This document shows, in pieces, positions 30,977 to 42,118 of a stretch of DNA of 64,000 bases. Position numbers and translations under genes: made by a program. The notes below the pieces were generated by a model. The model was not told the origin of the DNA and searched no databases. It worked only from the letters and a program-made list of their open reading frames with translations. The DNA lies in the IMG/VR virus record IMGVR_UViG_2775506858_000003, positions 1 through 64,000 of that record; one strand, 5' to 3'. The stretch's first letter is position 1; each line of letters starts with the position of its first letter. Source of the DNA: a virus. Its lineage: Duplodnaviria; Heunggongvirae; Uroviricota; Caudoviricetes.

Positions 30977-33900
30977 GCATGAGCAGTCAAAAATCAGGTG
31001 GCGGCAGCCGCACCCCTTACGAGGCGCCCAATACCCTATCGAGTGCACAGTTGTTGCGAGTGGTGGATGCTTTGTGCGAGGGCCCAATTGAAGGCTTTGC
31101 CAATGGTAATGAGTCACCGTTGAAATCTGTATTTTTGAGTGATACCCCGATTCAAAACAGTGATGGCACATACAATTTCAAGGGCGTGACCGGTTATTTC
31201 AATCGCGGCACGCCAGACCAAACCTATATACCAGGCTTCGATAAGACTGAACGTGTGGTAAACGTGGGCACAGCGGTCAAGAAAACCACCCCCATCACGC
31301 GCACCGTTTCTGATTCTATGATTGATGCGCTACGCGTGACTGTGGGTGTCGAGCGCAATGTGATGGTCAAAGACAATGGCGACACCTTGGCCGCACAAAC
31401 GCAATTACTCGTTGAATTGGTGCGTAACGATAGCACTACGCTGTTCCAATCGGTGACATTCAACGAAAAAGGCAGTGGCGCGTATTACCAAGATGTTGTT
31501 TTCACCGAATTGCCTGAAGCACCGTTTAATGTACGCGTGTCGCGTATCACGGCAGACAGCACAAGCGACAAAATCAGTAACAATACTTTTTTTGCGTCTT
31601 ACGTTGAGACCATCAATGCCAAGCTGTCATACCCAAATACCGCCATTTCGGCTTTGAAAATTGATTCTGACCAATTTGGTAGCAACAATCCGACTCGAAA
31701 TTTCTTGCTCAAGGGTAAGAATGACTTGTTGATTCCGACCAATTATGACCCAATCACTCGCAAATACACTGGCTTGTGGGATGGCAGCTTCAAAACAGGT
31801 TGGACTGATAACCCTGCTTGGATTGTGTACGATTTGGTGACCAATGACCGCTACAGCACCATTGCGACCAATTTGGGCTATGCCGATATCGACAAATGGA
31901 CTTTGTACAGCGTGGCCCAATGGTGTGATGAACTGGTCGATGATGGCATGGGCGGCAAAGAGCCGCGCTGTGTGTGCAATGCCAACATCAGCGACCAGCG
32001 CGAAGCTGGCGAGGTTTTGTCGTCAATCGCATCCATGTTCACGGGCTTTGTGCTGTGGAATGGTGAACAGCTTACTGTGACTGTCGATAAGCACAGCGAA
32101 CCGGTGGCGGTGTATACCAATGCGAACGTGGTCAATGGCCAATTTTCATACTCATTTGCTTCAGCCAAGGCCATACACACTGCTGTGCAAGTGACTTATT
32201 TGGATGAAACCGACAATTTTCGCCAAAAGACTGAATATGTTTCGGATGATGAGGCGATTAAGCAGTTTGGACTGAACATCAAACAAGTGACGGCTTTTGG
32301 CTGCTCACGGCGTGGTCAAGCGGTGCGATTTGGTGCATGGTTGTTGCAGACCGAGCTGCGCCAACAAGGCGCTGTCAGCTTCACCATAGGCCGCGAGGGG
32401 CTGAAACACTTGCCTTATGACGTGGTGCAAGTGGCCGATAACGATTATGCCGGCGTGCCATTTTCAGGCCGCTTGGTGGCTGCCGATGTTGACCGCATCA
32501 CACTTGACCGCCCAATTGAGAACGTGGCTATAGGCGCTTCGGTATATTTCGACGGTATCGATGGCACGCAGACTTCAAAAGTGGTCGAGCAAATCAGCCC
32601 AACCGAGTTGCGTCTTGAAGATGCGTTGCTGCTTGAGCCTGAAAACACGTTTGTGATTCACACCCAAGTTGCGTCCAGACTTTACCGTTGTATCAGCATC
32701 ACCGAGAACAGTGAAGACGGTACTTATACCATCGAAGCTTTACGCCACGATCCGACCAAATACGGCGTGGTCGACACTTGGGCAAACTTCCCTGTAACCG
32801 TGCAAAAAGAAACCCCGACTGTTGCCAATCCTGACGTGTCTACCGATGGCGGAGATGTGGTGGTGAAATGGGAGGGCTTAGGCGGCGATGGGGCGGTGTC
32901 ATACGACATCAAAGTGTATCGCAATGCGAAGCTATACAGCCACACACCTGACGCCAAGACACCCGAATTGCGTCTGCAAAATCTGCCCGATGGTGATTAT
33001 GTGGTCGAAATTCGCGCACGCAACGCAGCTGGGGTGCTGTCCGATCCTGTGACCAAAGCATTCAGCATCAATTACACAGTGACAGGCCTGAAAGCCACGC
33101 CTAAATTGTTTGCCATCGGTTTGGGCTGGACTTTGCCTGAAACGGTTGTGGCCACTGTGTATACCGAGGTTTGGTACGGCATTGAGGACAACATTGAACT
33201 TGCGAGCAAATTGGCCACGCTGCCACATCCGCAGTCACAATACACGCTGGACAATGTGGCGTTGGAAGAAGCGTTCTATTTTTGGGTGCGTTTGGTTGAT
33301 ACCAATGGCCGTGCTGGGGCGTTTACTGCTTCCGTTTTAGGTAAGTGCGACGATGACCCAAGTTTGATTTTGAAACAAATTGAGGGCCAAATCACCGGAA
33401 CCCAACTGCATCAAGACTTGGTAGACCAATGGCAGGGCAATATTGATTCTGCTGTGTATGCTGAAACACAGGCGCGCATTGCTGATGTGCTTGCACAAGC
33501 CAATGCCTTACAGACCGAGGCACAAACCCGTGCGGCCAACGATTTGGCCGAAGCCACAGCGCGTGCAAATGCGCTCAATGCTGAGGCCATTGCACGAACC
33601 AATGAGGTGCAACAGGCCGCACAACAGGCCGCTGATAATTTACTGGCTACGGCCACGCAACTGGGCACGCGAATCACCGTCACAGAAACGGTCAATGCGA
33701 CTCAGGCCACGCAAATCAGCACTGTGACTGCTGCTCAGGGTGCTACTGCTGCAGGTTTGCAGACGGAAACCAATGCACGCATCGCCGGCGATACTGCTGA
33801 AGCGACCGCACGCCAAACATTGGCCGCGCGTGTGGATGGTGCCCAAGCATCGATTACAGATTTGCAATCGACAGTTACCAACAACCAAAGTGCCACCACG

Positions 33901-36864
33901 ACCCAAATCAATGCGCTGAAATCAACGTTTGGCCAAGGTCAAAACCTGATTGCTGGTGGCAATATGGGTGATGCGGCGATGTGGCGTAGCCATTACGGTG
34001 CCGTTGCAAACATTGCCCGCCATTTTGTCAGTGATGCGACTGATGCACCATCAGCACCTAAAGCGTTCCGCATGGACTTTGCAGATGTGTACAAAGACGC
34101 AAACGGCAAAGGCTTGTGCTACAACTACAGCAATACCGCTGTGACCGTGGTTTCAGGACGCAAGTATCGTTTCAGGATGTGGGTGTCATTAACAGGTACT
34201 ACAGGCACTTGTGGTTTCAATTATTATCAATTGACCAAATCGACATATGCCTCTAAGTCAGTAACCATGACTGTTGGAGCCAAACAGTATTATGAATTGG
34301 TGATGGATGGCGCCGATTTTGGTGACGCGTCTATCAATCCCGGCTTTTACATTAATCACAACAGTACGGCAGGGGTTGCGGTCGTCGATGATTACCGTTT
34401 TGAAGATGTTACTGACATACTCAAAACCAATGCAGACTTGGCAAATGTATCATCGACTTTGACCACATTCCAAAGCACACAAGCGACGAAAGACGCGGCT
34501 CAAACAACCGACATACAGGCCGCATTATCGCAATCAGGCAATAACACTGCCGCCATCAACGGCATACAAACAACAGTAGCGAGCAACACTTCTGCAATTA
34601 CCGAAGTTGATACGCGCTTAAGTGCCAAAATTGATAATCTCAATTCGGACATGATAGACACCACACAGGTGACTAATGAGCTTATTAATGAAAATACAGG
34701 TGTTGTAACGGCGGCATCTGGTCACCGATTAACGCACTTTATGCCAGTTTATGAGGCTGTACCGTATATTTTTCGCACTACAGGTACAAATGCCAATGTT
34801 CGAGTAGTGTGGTTCACTGAAAGTAAGGCTTACATCTCAGGCGCTTTGACTGCATCAATTACAGGGAGCAAAACATTTACTGCGCCGACGAATGCCCGCT
34901 ATTTGCGTGTCAGTTATGGTTATTCTGCTACTGCAAAAGTGTCTATAACAGAAGTGGCAGCGGCGGCAGCGGCAGCAGTTTCAGCAGATTTGGAGAATTT
35001 TAAATCTGCTCAAGCAACCAAAGATGCAAGTCAAACCAGTGAAATTGACAGCGCCAAATCACGTTTGGGAACTGCTGAGGCAAGCATCACATCGATTCAA
35101 TCGACCAAAGCCAATAAGTCGGAAGTGGTGTCATTGGCGCAAACTGGCTTACAAAGCATTTGGAAAGGGGACATCAACACAGCAGTGGCACCGGTAAACA
35201 CTCGTGTAAGTACGGCTGAAAGCAACATTACAGCATTGCAAACTGCAGTGAGTAACAATGAATCAACTACTGCAACACAAATCAGTAATTTGAACAGTTT
35301 GATACTCAATGCAGATTATAAGGATACACGAGGTGTTGACAATCCACCAAGCTGGTACGTGACCAATTACCCACGCAAAACTTCAAAAGAGTTCAAGAAC
35401 AGTGCAGATATTGGTGTCGGATTGGCGAGCAATTGGGTTGTATTAATCACTGATAACCCCCAGACGAACTGGCAGCACATCGTTCAAACCGCCTACCCTC
35501 GCGGCATGAATAAAACCTATATCCGTCGGCCAACAACCGACTCAACATGGGGTACATGGGAGGAGCAAGAAACCAGTGCGGCGGCTCAAGCCAAAGCCGA
35601 TGCTGCCAAAGCGGCGGTAACTGCTGATTTGAACAGTTTCAAATCAACACAAGCCGCTGTTGATTCAGCTCAAACGGCTGAGATTAACAGCGCCAAATCA
35701 CGTTTGGGAACTGCTGAATCAAGCATTACATCGATTCAGTCAACCAAGGCAAACAAAACCGAAGTAGCAGCATTGGCTGAGACTGCTTTGAAATCAAAAT
35801 GGGAGGCGGCAGACGCGGCAGCAGTGGGGCCAGTGGCAACGCGCGTTTCCAGTACAGAAGCAAGCATTACCGCGCTGCAATCTACGGTGACCACACAAAA
35901 CAGTTCGATTGCATCGATGAATACGACATTGAGTGCAAAAATTGACGGTATTAATGTGACGGGCGGCATGGTTGCCGGTGGAGACTTTAAAAGCCCTGCG
36001 CTTTGGACAAGTCATTACAACGACAATATTGATGCCCGATTTATCAGTAGCATTGGAGGTAGTCCACCATCTCAATTCGCATACCGCGGCCCAGTTGGTA
36101 CGAACTACATTTACTCAACATCGGATGTGGTTTTTGAAGCGGGCCATACGTACCGGTTTGGGGCATGGTTTTACAATGCCGGTGGCGATGGCGTGTACGG
36201 TTTTAATATCAAGCACACGGGCAAATCAACAGGCTATCAAGGGTTCGCATTGACAGGCATTGGTGCTAGTTGGGTTTATCGTGAATTTACGATAAAAGCA
36301 GAGCAGGTCAATGATTTTCGTGGCCGCCCAGGCTTTTTCGCAAACCACAATAGTACGACTGGTTACTCGTTGGTTACTGGCTACCGCTTTGAAGACATTA
36401 CCTTTGAAAACAAAGTACAGGCAACTTACACCATCAAAGTTGAGGCGCATGGTGCCCGCAAAGCAGTGGCCGGTCTTGCAATCGGTGTTGATGGTCAAAC
36501 AGGTGATGCTGAATTTTTGATACTTGGCAACAAGTTCATGATAGCAGACCCGAACAATGGCACAGTCAAGCCAATGCTGAGTTTGGCTCCAGTCAACGGT
36601 GTGAATATGCTTGCACTAAACGGTAATTTAATTGCCGACGGTACAATTCTCGGTAGAAACATTAAGGCATATCAACAAATTGAAGCGCCAATTATCAACG
36701 GCGGGCAATTGAACATTGGTAATCGCTTTATTGTGGATTCAAGTGGGAAAGTAACCATACGTGAGAATGCCACAGGTACAAAAGGGCTGATTCTGACCAA
36801 TGACAGCATCAAAATCTACGATGAGACTGGTGCATTGCGCGTAACCATAGGGAAAATTGCATGA
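30973..36864 (+). CDS. host specificity / central tail fibre protein J (gpJ-like) with extended C-terminus carrying FN3-like, coiled-coil and duplicated beta-sandwich modules
   Basis: gpJ N-terminus (SRTPYEAPNTLSSAQLLRVVDALCEGPIEGF); internal repeats. Confidence 0.85.
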   Translation: MSMSSQKSGGGSRTPYEAPNTLSSAQLLRVVDALCEGPIEGFANGNESPLKSVFLSDTPIQNSDGTYNFKGVTGYFNRGTPDQTYIPGFDKTERVVNVGTAVKKTTPITRTVSDSMIDALRVTVGVERNVMVKDNGDTLAAQTQLLVELVRNDSTTLFQSVTFNEKGSGAYYQDVVFTELPEAPFNVRVSRITADSTSDKISNNTFFASYVETINAKLSYPNTAISALKIDSDQFGSNNPTRNFLLKGKNDLLIPTNYDPITRKYTGLWDGSFKTGWTDNPAWIVYDLVTNDRYSTIATNLGYADIDKWTLYSVAQWCDELVDDGMGGKEPRCVCNANISDQREAGEVLSSIASMFTGFVLWNGEQLTVTVDKHSEPVAVYTNANVVNGQFSYSFASAKAIHTAVQVTYLDETDNFRQKTEYVSDDEAIKQFGLNIKQVTAFGCSRRGQAVRFGAWLLQTELRQQGAVSFTIGREGLKHLPYDVVQVADNDYAGVPFSGRLVAADVDRITLDRPIENVAIGASVYFDGIDGTQTSKVVEQISPTELRLEDALLLEPENTFVIHTQVASRLYRCISITENSEDGTYTIEALRHDPTKYGVVDTWANFPVTVQKETPTVANPDVSTDGGDVVVKWEGLGGDGAVSYDIKVYRNAKLYSHTPDAKTPELRLQNLPDGDYVVEIRARNAAGVLSDPVTKAFSINYTVTGLKATPKLFAIGLGWTLPETVVATVYTEVWYGIEDNIELASKLATLPHPQSQYTLDNVALEEAFYFWVRLVDTNGRAGAFTASVLGKCDDDPSLILKQIEGQITGTQLHQDLVDQWQGNIDSAVYAETQARIADVLAQANALQTEAQTRAANDLAEATARANALNAEAIARTNEVQQAAQQAADNLLATATQLGTRITVTETVNATQATQISTVTAAQGATAAGLQTETNARIAGDTAEATARQTLAARVDGAQASITDLQSTVTNNQSATTTQINALKSTFGQGQNLIAGGNMGDAAMWRSHYGAVANIARHFVSDATDAPSAPKAFRMDFADVYKDANGKGLCYNYSNTAVTVVSGRKYRFRMWVSLTGTTGTCGFNYYQLTKSTYASKSVTMTVGAKQYYELVMDGADFGDASINPGFYINHNSTAGVAVVDDYRFEDVTDILKTNADLANVSSTLTTFQSTQATKDAAQTTDIQAALSQSGNNTAAINGIQTTVASNTSAITEVDTRLSAKIDNLNSDMIDTTQVTNELINENTGVVTAASGHRLTHFMPVYEAVPYIFRTTGTNANVRVVWFTESKAYISGALTASITGSKTFTAPTNARYLRVSYGYSATAKVSITEVAAAAAAAVSADLENFKSAQATKDASQTSEIDSAKSRLGTAEASITSIQSTKANKSEVVSLAQTGLQSIWKGDINTAVAPVNTRVSTAESNITALQTAVSNNESTTATQISNLNSLILNADYKDTRGVDNPPSWYVTNYPRKTSKEFKNSADIGVGLASNWVVLITDNPQTNWQHIVQTAYPRGMNKTYIRRPTTDSTWGTWEEQETSAAAQAKADAAKAAVTADLNSFKSTQAAVDSAQTAEINSAKSRLGTAESSITSIQSTKANKTEVAALAETALKSKWEAADAAAVGPVATRVSSTEASITALQSTVTTQNSSIASMNTTLSAKIDGINVTGGMVAGGDFKSPALWTSHYNDNIDARFISSIGGSPPSQFAYRGPVGTNYIYSTSDVVFEAGHTYRFGAWFYNAGGDGVYGFNIKHTGKSTGYQGFALTGIGASWVYREFTIKAEQVNDFRGRPGFFANHNSTTGYSLVTGYRFEDITFENKVQATYTIKVEAHGARKAVAGLAIGVDGQTGDAEFLILGNKFMIADPNNGTVKPMLSLAPVNGVNMLALNGNLIADGTILGRNIKAYQQIEAPIINGGQLNIGNRFIVDSSGKVTIRENATGTKGLILTNDSIKIYDETGALRVTIGKIA

Positions 36865-37337
36865 GTGAATATGGATTAAGCATGCGCATGGCCGATGGAG
36901 TGGAGGTGTTGAACACATCGAATTTTGGTGTGGGTTTCACCATTTTCACCAGTGCTGTGGCGCCGCAAACAGCAGTTAATGTGGACTACAGCAGCAGCCC
37001 CGCATCCCTCAGTCAAGTGGAGTGGGTGGATGTGGCAGCAGCGGCCAGCTTTGTGCCGACAGTTGCCGAAGATACCGTAGCGTTTCAAAACCAATGCTTG
37101 CGTGTGTCAGTTGGCCAATTTGTGGACATGGCGCGCATTGCCCAGACCAGTGCAACCAAGATTGATAAGACCAGTGTGGGCATGTATGTGGTCGATTACA
37201 CGCCAGACAATCAATTGCAATTGCATCAAGTTGGTGTTGAGCCAGCGTATACAAACGGGCATATGACATCTATAGCAATCAGCAAATATGTGGCACTGGA
37301 ACGGCTGTTTGTTTTAGGCTTGGAGAACAATGTATGA
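36861..37337 (+). CDS. tail-associated hypothetical protein
   Basis: ATGA overlap with J. Confidence 0.4.
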   Translation: MSEYGLSMRMADGVEVLNTSNFGVGFTIFTSAVAPQTAVNVDYSSSPASLSQVEWVDVAAAASFVPTVAEDTVAFQNQCLRVSVGQFVDMARIAQTSATKIDKTSVGMYVVDYTPDNQLQLHQVGVEPAYTNGHMTSIAISKYVALERLFVLGLENNV

Positions 37338-38179
37338 CTTACGGCATTGATGTGGCTGGCTCAACAATCAGGCATTTTTTGGAGGACACTTCTAAGCTGT
37401 ATGTGCTTCACAAGACTTATGTGCAAAACTTTCCAGTAACTGGCTCTTACAGCACCAACGACGCGACCATCAGACCGCGTTTTTTCCGTGTGGCTCTGCC
37501 AAATCCTGAGTGTATTGTGACTGTGCAATTAGCAGACCCATCGGGATATGGCACGAATTTGGGGGGCAATAGCTCGACGCAAGTCATCGCGAAGACATGG
37601 AAGGATGCAGTGTGTGAAGTTTACATGGTAAAGACGGCTTGCCCTGTGCGCGTTGCGGTTTACTCGCCCATCTCTATGCTGCCACGCACCGGTTCTTCGC
37701 TGTACGGTATCAAAATCAATGCGGTGAATGCATCGAGCTATTTAAGTACCGATGACGAGTTGTTATTTCCATATGCCGTTGGCCAACCTAATTTGGTAAA
37801 AGGGGTCTCTTACCCGCAAGCCGTTTCCGTAGCAATTTCGCGTGTGGGTGGAGTAGCAGCCATTGCTGCTGGCAATTACTACCAAGAGGGCAATAATTGG
37901 GATGGGACTACTACTCGCAACGAAGCGCGTTACAACTGGTTTACTGCGGTGTATTTCACTGATCAGTACACGCCAGTTGGCGATGCGGTGGCCATCGCGC
38001 AAACACCATATAGCCACCCAAGCGCTGGCTCGTGCGGCGTGACCATGTTCACGAAAGACCATGACGGCACGGGTAGCAATTGGACATTTCTCAAAAAATA
38101 CGGGCTTTGGCGGGAAAATAAACTTCCATCAGGCGCCATTTTGATTGCACGAGCACCAAATCTTACAACAGTAAAATAA
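37334..38179 (+). CDS. tail-associated hypothetical protein
   Basis: ATGA overlap with upstream. Confidence 0.4.
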   Translation: MTYGIDVAGSTIRHFLEDTSKLYVLHKTYVQNFPVTGSYSTNDATIRPRFFRVALPNPECIVTVQLADPSGYGTNLGGNSSTQVIAKTWKDAVCEVYMVKTACPVRVAVYSPISMLPRTGSSLYGIKINAVNASSYLSTDDELLFPYAVGQPNLVKGVSYPQAVSVAISRVGGVAAIAAGNYYQEGNNWDGTTTRNEARYNWFTAVYFTDQYTPVGDAVAIAQTPYSHPSAGSCGVTMFTKDHDGTGSNWTFLKKYGLWRENKLPSGAILIARAPNLTTVK

Positions 38180-38188
38180 TTCAACCAC

Positions 38189-38213
38189 ATCGCCTACCGG
38201 CGATTTTTTTTTA
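38189..38213 (+). terminator. rho-independent terminator (ATCGCC-TACC-GGCGAT + T9)
   Basis: Direct reading. Confidence 0.75.
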
Positions 38214-38232
38214 TTCGTAATGGAGTTTCATC

Positions 38233-38568
38233 ATGACAGTAATTGGCTTAAACAAAGAAATTGAAGACGCAGGCACAGGCGCCACAACCGAATTTCACCG
38301 AGTTTGTGTGATTCAAATCAATCGCAGAAATGGTGGTATTTCAGCCACGTTTGACAGCTATGTGACGCAATCAAAGTGGGAGCAAGGCCGTCAGCCGGTA
38401 ACTGTTATGCAGCAGACCAGCCTTGTCTTGGCTGAAAACGAAGCAATGGGCGAGATGGATTTGGATACTTGGATTTACAACGAGTCTGTCAAAGTCGAAA
38501 CAGACGTGTACGGCAACCACAATCCGTTATTTGGCGCCGTGTTGATGCCAAAGCCAGCAGAAGCTTAG
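38233..38568 (+). CDS. hypothetical protein
   Basis: ORF flanked by terminators. Confidence 0.35.
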   Translation: MTVIGLNKEIEDAGTGATTEFHRVCVIQINRRNGGISATFDSYVTQSKWEQGRQPVTVMQQTSLVLAENEAMGEMDLDTWIYNESVKVETDVYGNHNPLFGAVLMPKPAEA

Positions 38569-38601
38569 AAACAAAGAACGCGCCTAGAGCGCTATTTTTT
38601 T

Positions 38602-38630
38602 GCTCCCCGAAAGTGGGGAGCTTTGTTTTA
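38602..38630 (+). terminator. terminator (GCTCCCC-GAAA-GTGGGGAGC + TTTGTTTT)
   Basis: Direct reading. Confidence 0.6.
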
Positions 38631-38643
38631 TTTGGGAGGTTTT

Positions 38644-38991
38644 ATGCTCGATGGCTTAATGGAGTACAAGTCAATCATCGTGACGTGGCTCATGGTTATT
38701 GGCCTTTCAATGTTTGGAGGCTTGGCCGATGCAATCATGCGTTACCGACGCGAAGGCATACGGATGCCCATTCATTACTTTTTATTGAAAATTGGTTGCG
38801 ATTTATTTCTATCGGCTTTTGCTGGCGTGATCGCATATTTGGGCGCATGGCATTTTAGTTCAAGCCCTGAATTATCAGCAGCATCGGGAATTGCGATTGC
38901 GCTATCAGGTTATTTAGGCGGTAACGCAATCAATATTTTTGCGACGATTTGGGAAGCAATTTTGAAATCAAAAACTGGAGGCATGCAATGA
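38644..38991 (+). CDS. holin (3 predicted TM helices)
   Basis: Hydrophobic helices, charged C-terminus, directly upstream of and overlapping the endolysin. Confidence 0.55.
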   Translation: MLDGLMEYKSIIVTWLMVIGLSMFGGLADAIMRYRREGIRMPIHYFLLKIGCDLFLSAFAGVIAYLGAWHFSSSPELSAASGIAIALSGYLGGNAINIFATIWEAILKSKTGGMQ

Positions 38992-39506
38992 GCAAGCAAA
39001 CTGAATTGGCATGGATTGCCGAAGCACGTAAACACATAGGTTTATCAGAAGTCGTTGGCACCAAAGGGCACAACACAACCATTCTAGGTTGGCTGAAAAA
39101 ACTCGGTGCTTGGTGGGCTGAAGATGAAACTCCTTGGTGTGGGACATTTGTGGGCTACTGCTTACAGTTTACAGGCCGCTTTGTCGTGAAACATTGGTAT
39201 CGAGCAAAGGATTGGGTAAATGCCGGCACAAAATTGAGCAAACCTGCATATGGTTGCCTAGTGATTTTTAACCGTGCTGGTGGTGGCCATGTGGGTTTTG
39301 TGGTGGGCAAGGATGCGCGTGGCAATTTGATGGTATTGGGCGGCAATCAGAGTAATAAAGTATCGATTGCGCCGTTTTCTACTGATCGCGTGGTTGCGTA
39401 TGTGTGGCCTTCATTCGGTAACGGTGTGCCTTCTATACCGGACCCGAAGCGTTATGATTTACCAGTGCTTAACAGTAATGGCAAGGTGAGTACAAACGAG
39501 GCGTGA
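38988..39506 (+). CDS. endolysin, Cys/His peptidoglycan hydrolase (TIGR02594-like)
   Basis: ETPWCGTFVGYC...GGHVGFVVG Cys...His pattern; start ATG 38988. Confidence 0.7.
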   Translation: MSKQTELAWIAEARKHIGLSEVVGTKGHNTTILGWLKKLGAWWAEDETPWCGTFVGYCLQFTGRFVVKHWYRAKDWVNAGTKLSKPAYGCLVIFNRAGGGHVGFVVGKDARGNLMVLGGNQSNKVSIAPFSTDRVVAYVWPSFGNGVPSIPDPKRYDLPVLNSNGKVSTNEA

Positions 39507-39740
39507 TAAACGAACGGCCTGTAATTTCAGGCCATTCTGCAAAATAATCCAATCTTTACATTGTGCGGTGCGAAATAGGGTAAAACGTATAGGCGAAAAA
39601 ATAGCGCAAAACCTTTACAAAAGTTTGCGCTATAATGTTCTGAATTTCTTTGAGTTTTATCTCAAAAATCTGTGGATAAATCCACGCTTGGTACTAAATC
39701 GGTACTTATTTTTGTAAGTCTTTGATTTGTATATGCTGCT

Positions 39741-39764
39741 TGGTGCGGATGGAGAGACTCGAAC
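39741..39764 (-). other. tRNA 3'-end-like fragment (rc GTTCGAGTCTCTCCATCCGCACCA): T-loop + T-stem 3' half + acceptor 3' strand + CCA; candidate prophage att core
   Basis: Direct reading; the upstream half does not fold into a full cloverleaf, so fragment only. Confidence 0.35.
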
Positions 39765-39896
39765 AAGTCATGGAATTGAAGCAGTTACATACCCACTATC
39801 ACAAGTGCGTTGCAAAAAAATTTAGCGACATACAACAAATAATAACAAATTATATCAAATTAGAATTATTACAACACTTTTCCGATTCTAGTGCTT

Positions 39897-40208
39897 TTAA
39901 TTCATACTTTTGTTTCGCAAGTACCTTATGACTTCCCCTGCTATCCACCGACGCGCAGGTGCCCGACGTGTTGGCTTTGTCTTATTTGTAATTTTAACCG
40001 GAGATGGAAAATCAGGATGAGAAACAATTTCTTTGTATGCATGATGGTAACTGTGCCCAGTAAGTAAAGCAATCTCCTCAGTGTTCAGAAGGATTGAAGA
40101 TTGTTCTGTAAGAGTGCTTAGCCAGCCTTTTTGGCTTGACTCTTCAATTTTTGCCAATTTTTCTAGGATTTGCTTTGAAAGGTCTGATTGTATAATTGAT
40201 TCATTCAT
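39897..40208 (-). CDS. alpA: AlpA-family (excisionase-like HTH) regulator
   Basis: LLNTEEIALLTGHSYHHAYKEIV...FPSPVKI...RRWIAGEVIRYL matches the Phage_AlpA family. Confidence 0.65.
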   Translation of the reverse strand: MNESIIQSDLSKQILEKLAKIEESSQKGWLSTLTEQSSILLNTEEIALLTGHSYHHAYKEIVSHPDFPSPVKITNKTKPTRRAPARRWIAGEVIRYLRNKSMN

Positions 40209-40318
40209 ATTAAATCTCGCTTAAGTTCAACGAATGTAGATAATGATTTTGAAATTTAGAGATTCTGTTTAGAGATTTTAATTGAATTGGTTTGAGATTG
40301 AATCGATGTTCTAGTAGG

Positions 40319-41029
40319 TCAATTTCGTGATTTTTGTTGAATTACTTTAAATTCAATTACCCATACCCATGGATTCATTTCCCAACTTTTGGCACCATTA
40401 ATTTGCTCCCAAAGTCTTCTAAATGCTGACAATGGCTTGAAATACCAACCAATTTCAATGGCCGCTATGCTCTCCGAATGGTCACATCCTTCTGACTTCG
40501 CATCGCCTTCTGATATTTCGGTTAGGCGTTCAATTCGCACATTTGTTATTTCAAGAAGTATTCGTGAAGCCCAACGTGGCATGAATAAGCTAGGTCTCCA
40601 TTTAAGGTCTTGTATAGTAGATGAAGCTCTGTAGATGCAATGCTCAGGTTTTTGGAGTACTGGCGGAACATCTGCCAATCTGGAGCCGCAACCATCCCAT
40701 TCGTAATAGCTTAGATGGTGATTGTCCCAAGCTAAATCATCAGAACTTGGATTAGGTAAAAACGTTTCTCTTACCCAGAGAAAATCGCCAACGCCACCAT
40801 AAGGGCAGGGAATATGCTTTACCTCTGGAGAGTGTAAGTCTCGTTTAGCATTGTTGGCCAAAACACCCCATCGTCCTTTGATACCCTTAGGTGAGACTAC
40901 CCGACAAATATCTGTTTTGTGAATTTCGTAATCTTTTGGAATTTTGATGATTCGACGAGTTTGTGATTTGTTACTGCTGAGTAAGGCTTGAACCATTTCT
41001 TCACTAAATAATATTGGACGTTCTGTCAT
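40319..41029 (-). CDS. ASCH-domain-like phage protein
   Basis: N-terminus RPILFSEEMVQALLSSNKSQTRRI typical of ASCH/PUA-like phage proteins. Confidence 0.45.
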   Translation of the reverse strand: MTERPILFSEEMVQALLSSNKSQTRRIIKIPKDYEIHKTDICRVVSPKGIKGRWGVLANNAKRDLHSPEVKHIPCPYGGVGDFLWVRETFLPNPSSDDLAWDNHHLSYYEWDGCGSRLADVPPVLQKPEHCIYRASSTIQDLKWRPSLFMPRWASRILLEITNVRIERLTEISEGDAKSEGCDHSESIAAIEIGWYFKPLSAFRRLWEQINGAKSWEMNPWVWVIEFKVIQQKSRN

Positions 41030-41058
41030 TGATTGTTCCTATTTAAATGCTGAAAAAA

Positions 41059-41084
41059 TGCGGCCTGTAAATTTTTACAGGCCG
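41059..41084. terminator. bidirectional terminator hairpin (GCGGCCTGTAAA-TTTTTACAGGCCGC) flanked by A/T runs
   Basis: Direct reading. Confidence 0.6.
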
Positions 41085-41103
41085 CTTTCTACATATTTAA
41101 CTG

Positions 41104-41418
41104 CTATTTCAATTCTAAATTTTCAACACGTGGTTTCATCCAATCTTCAAGAGGAAATCTGTCATAAAACTCAAATTTTGATTTGCATGTTATGAATTTC
41201 CAACTCTCCAATTCAGGCCAGTCTTCTTTAACCTTATTGAATGCTTGTTCTTCAGAAACTGCTGATACCCATGCGCAAAGAATTGGCCAACCATCCGATT
41301 TAAATCCACTACACCACCAGCCTAATATATTTTCATTGGGCGGGTAGGTTAAAGGTCTATAATCATTTGATTTTTGCTCCCAACTGCACCAGAATAATTT
41401 CATGAGTTTTCCAATCAA
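41104..41418 (-). CDS. hypothetical protein (Trp-rich)
   Basis: ORF. Confidence 0.35.
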   Translation of the reverse strand: MIGKLMKLFWCSWEQKSNDYRPLTYPPNENILGWWCSGFKSDGWPILCAWVSAVSEEQAFNKVKEDWPELESWKFITCKSKFEFYDRFPLEDWMKPRVENLELK

Positions 41419-41433
41419 AAACAGCCTGAATTT

Positions 41434-41775
41434 TCAGGCCACTTGTGGTTTGTATTTTGAATTAAATTCAAGCCGCATCTGTTGAGCATCATCATATGCC
41501 ATTCTGAATTTATTTTGCTCTTTCAGCATCAAGTAGTACTGCTCGACATTTTCTACTATGCAATAAATAAATGCAGGCCGGCAATTGATTTTCATTTGAG
41601 TATCTTTGTTTAAAAGCACATAACGAGGTACTTTTTTATTGATACATACCACTTCAAATAGCATTTCTTTGAAAACTTCATTTCGTTTTGAAGAACGAAT
41701 GACCACCATTTTGCCAATCAAATTTTTATCAAGTAGTTGTTTTTGATGTGCATCATCATAATTTTTTGCTGACAT
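41434..41775 (-). CDS. hypothetical protein
   Basis: ORF. Confidence 0.35.
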   Translation of the reverse strand: MSAKNYDDAHQKQLLDKNLIGKMVVIRSSKRNEVFKEMLFEVVCINKKVPRYVLLNKDTQMKINCRPAFIYCIVENVEQYYLMLKEQNKFRMAYDDAQQMRLEFNSKYKPQVA

Positions 41776-42118
41776 TTGATTCTCCTAAGGTTGTCCAGTC
41801 ATCTTTAATCAATAACTGGCGCTTGAAATTGAAAGCGTTGTTTGGCATTGTGAGATAAATAGAGTGATAAACGAATTTGATAAAGCCACTTCCATATTCC
41901 CTTACAAGTGCTTCTATCACTGAGTTGTTAATCAGCACATCAACTGGAGTTCTTGCCGGTGTTGGCATTGGCTTTTCGCCAAATAATCGAAGATATTCTT
42001 GAAAGAAGCCTGGTTCATCTGCTGCCTCTTCCACAATACCCATTAAAATTTCAATTGATATTAGGTGGTCTCTGGTTGGAAGCTCTGGAATGAGCCATTC
42101 AATAGGTCTGCTATTCAT
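41756..42118 (-). CDS. hypothetical protein
   Basis: ORF. Confidence 0.35.
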   Translation of the reverse strand: MNSRPIEWLIPELPTRDHLISIEILMGIVEEAADEPGFFQEYLRLFGEKPMPTPARTPVDVLINNSVIEALVREYGSGFIKFVYHSIYLTMPNNAFNFKRQLLIKDDWTTLGESNVSKKL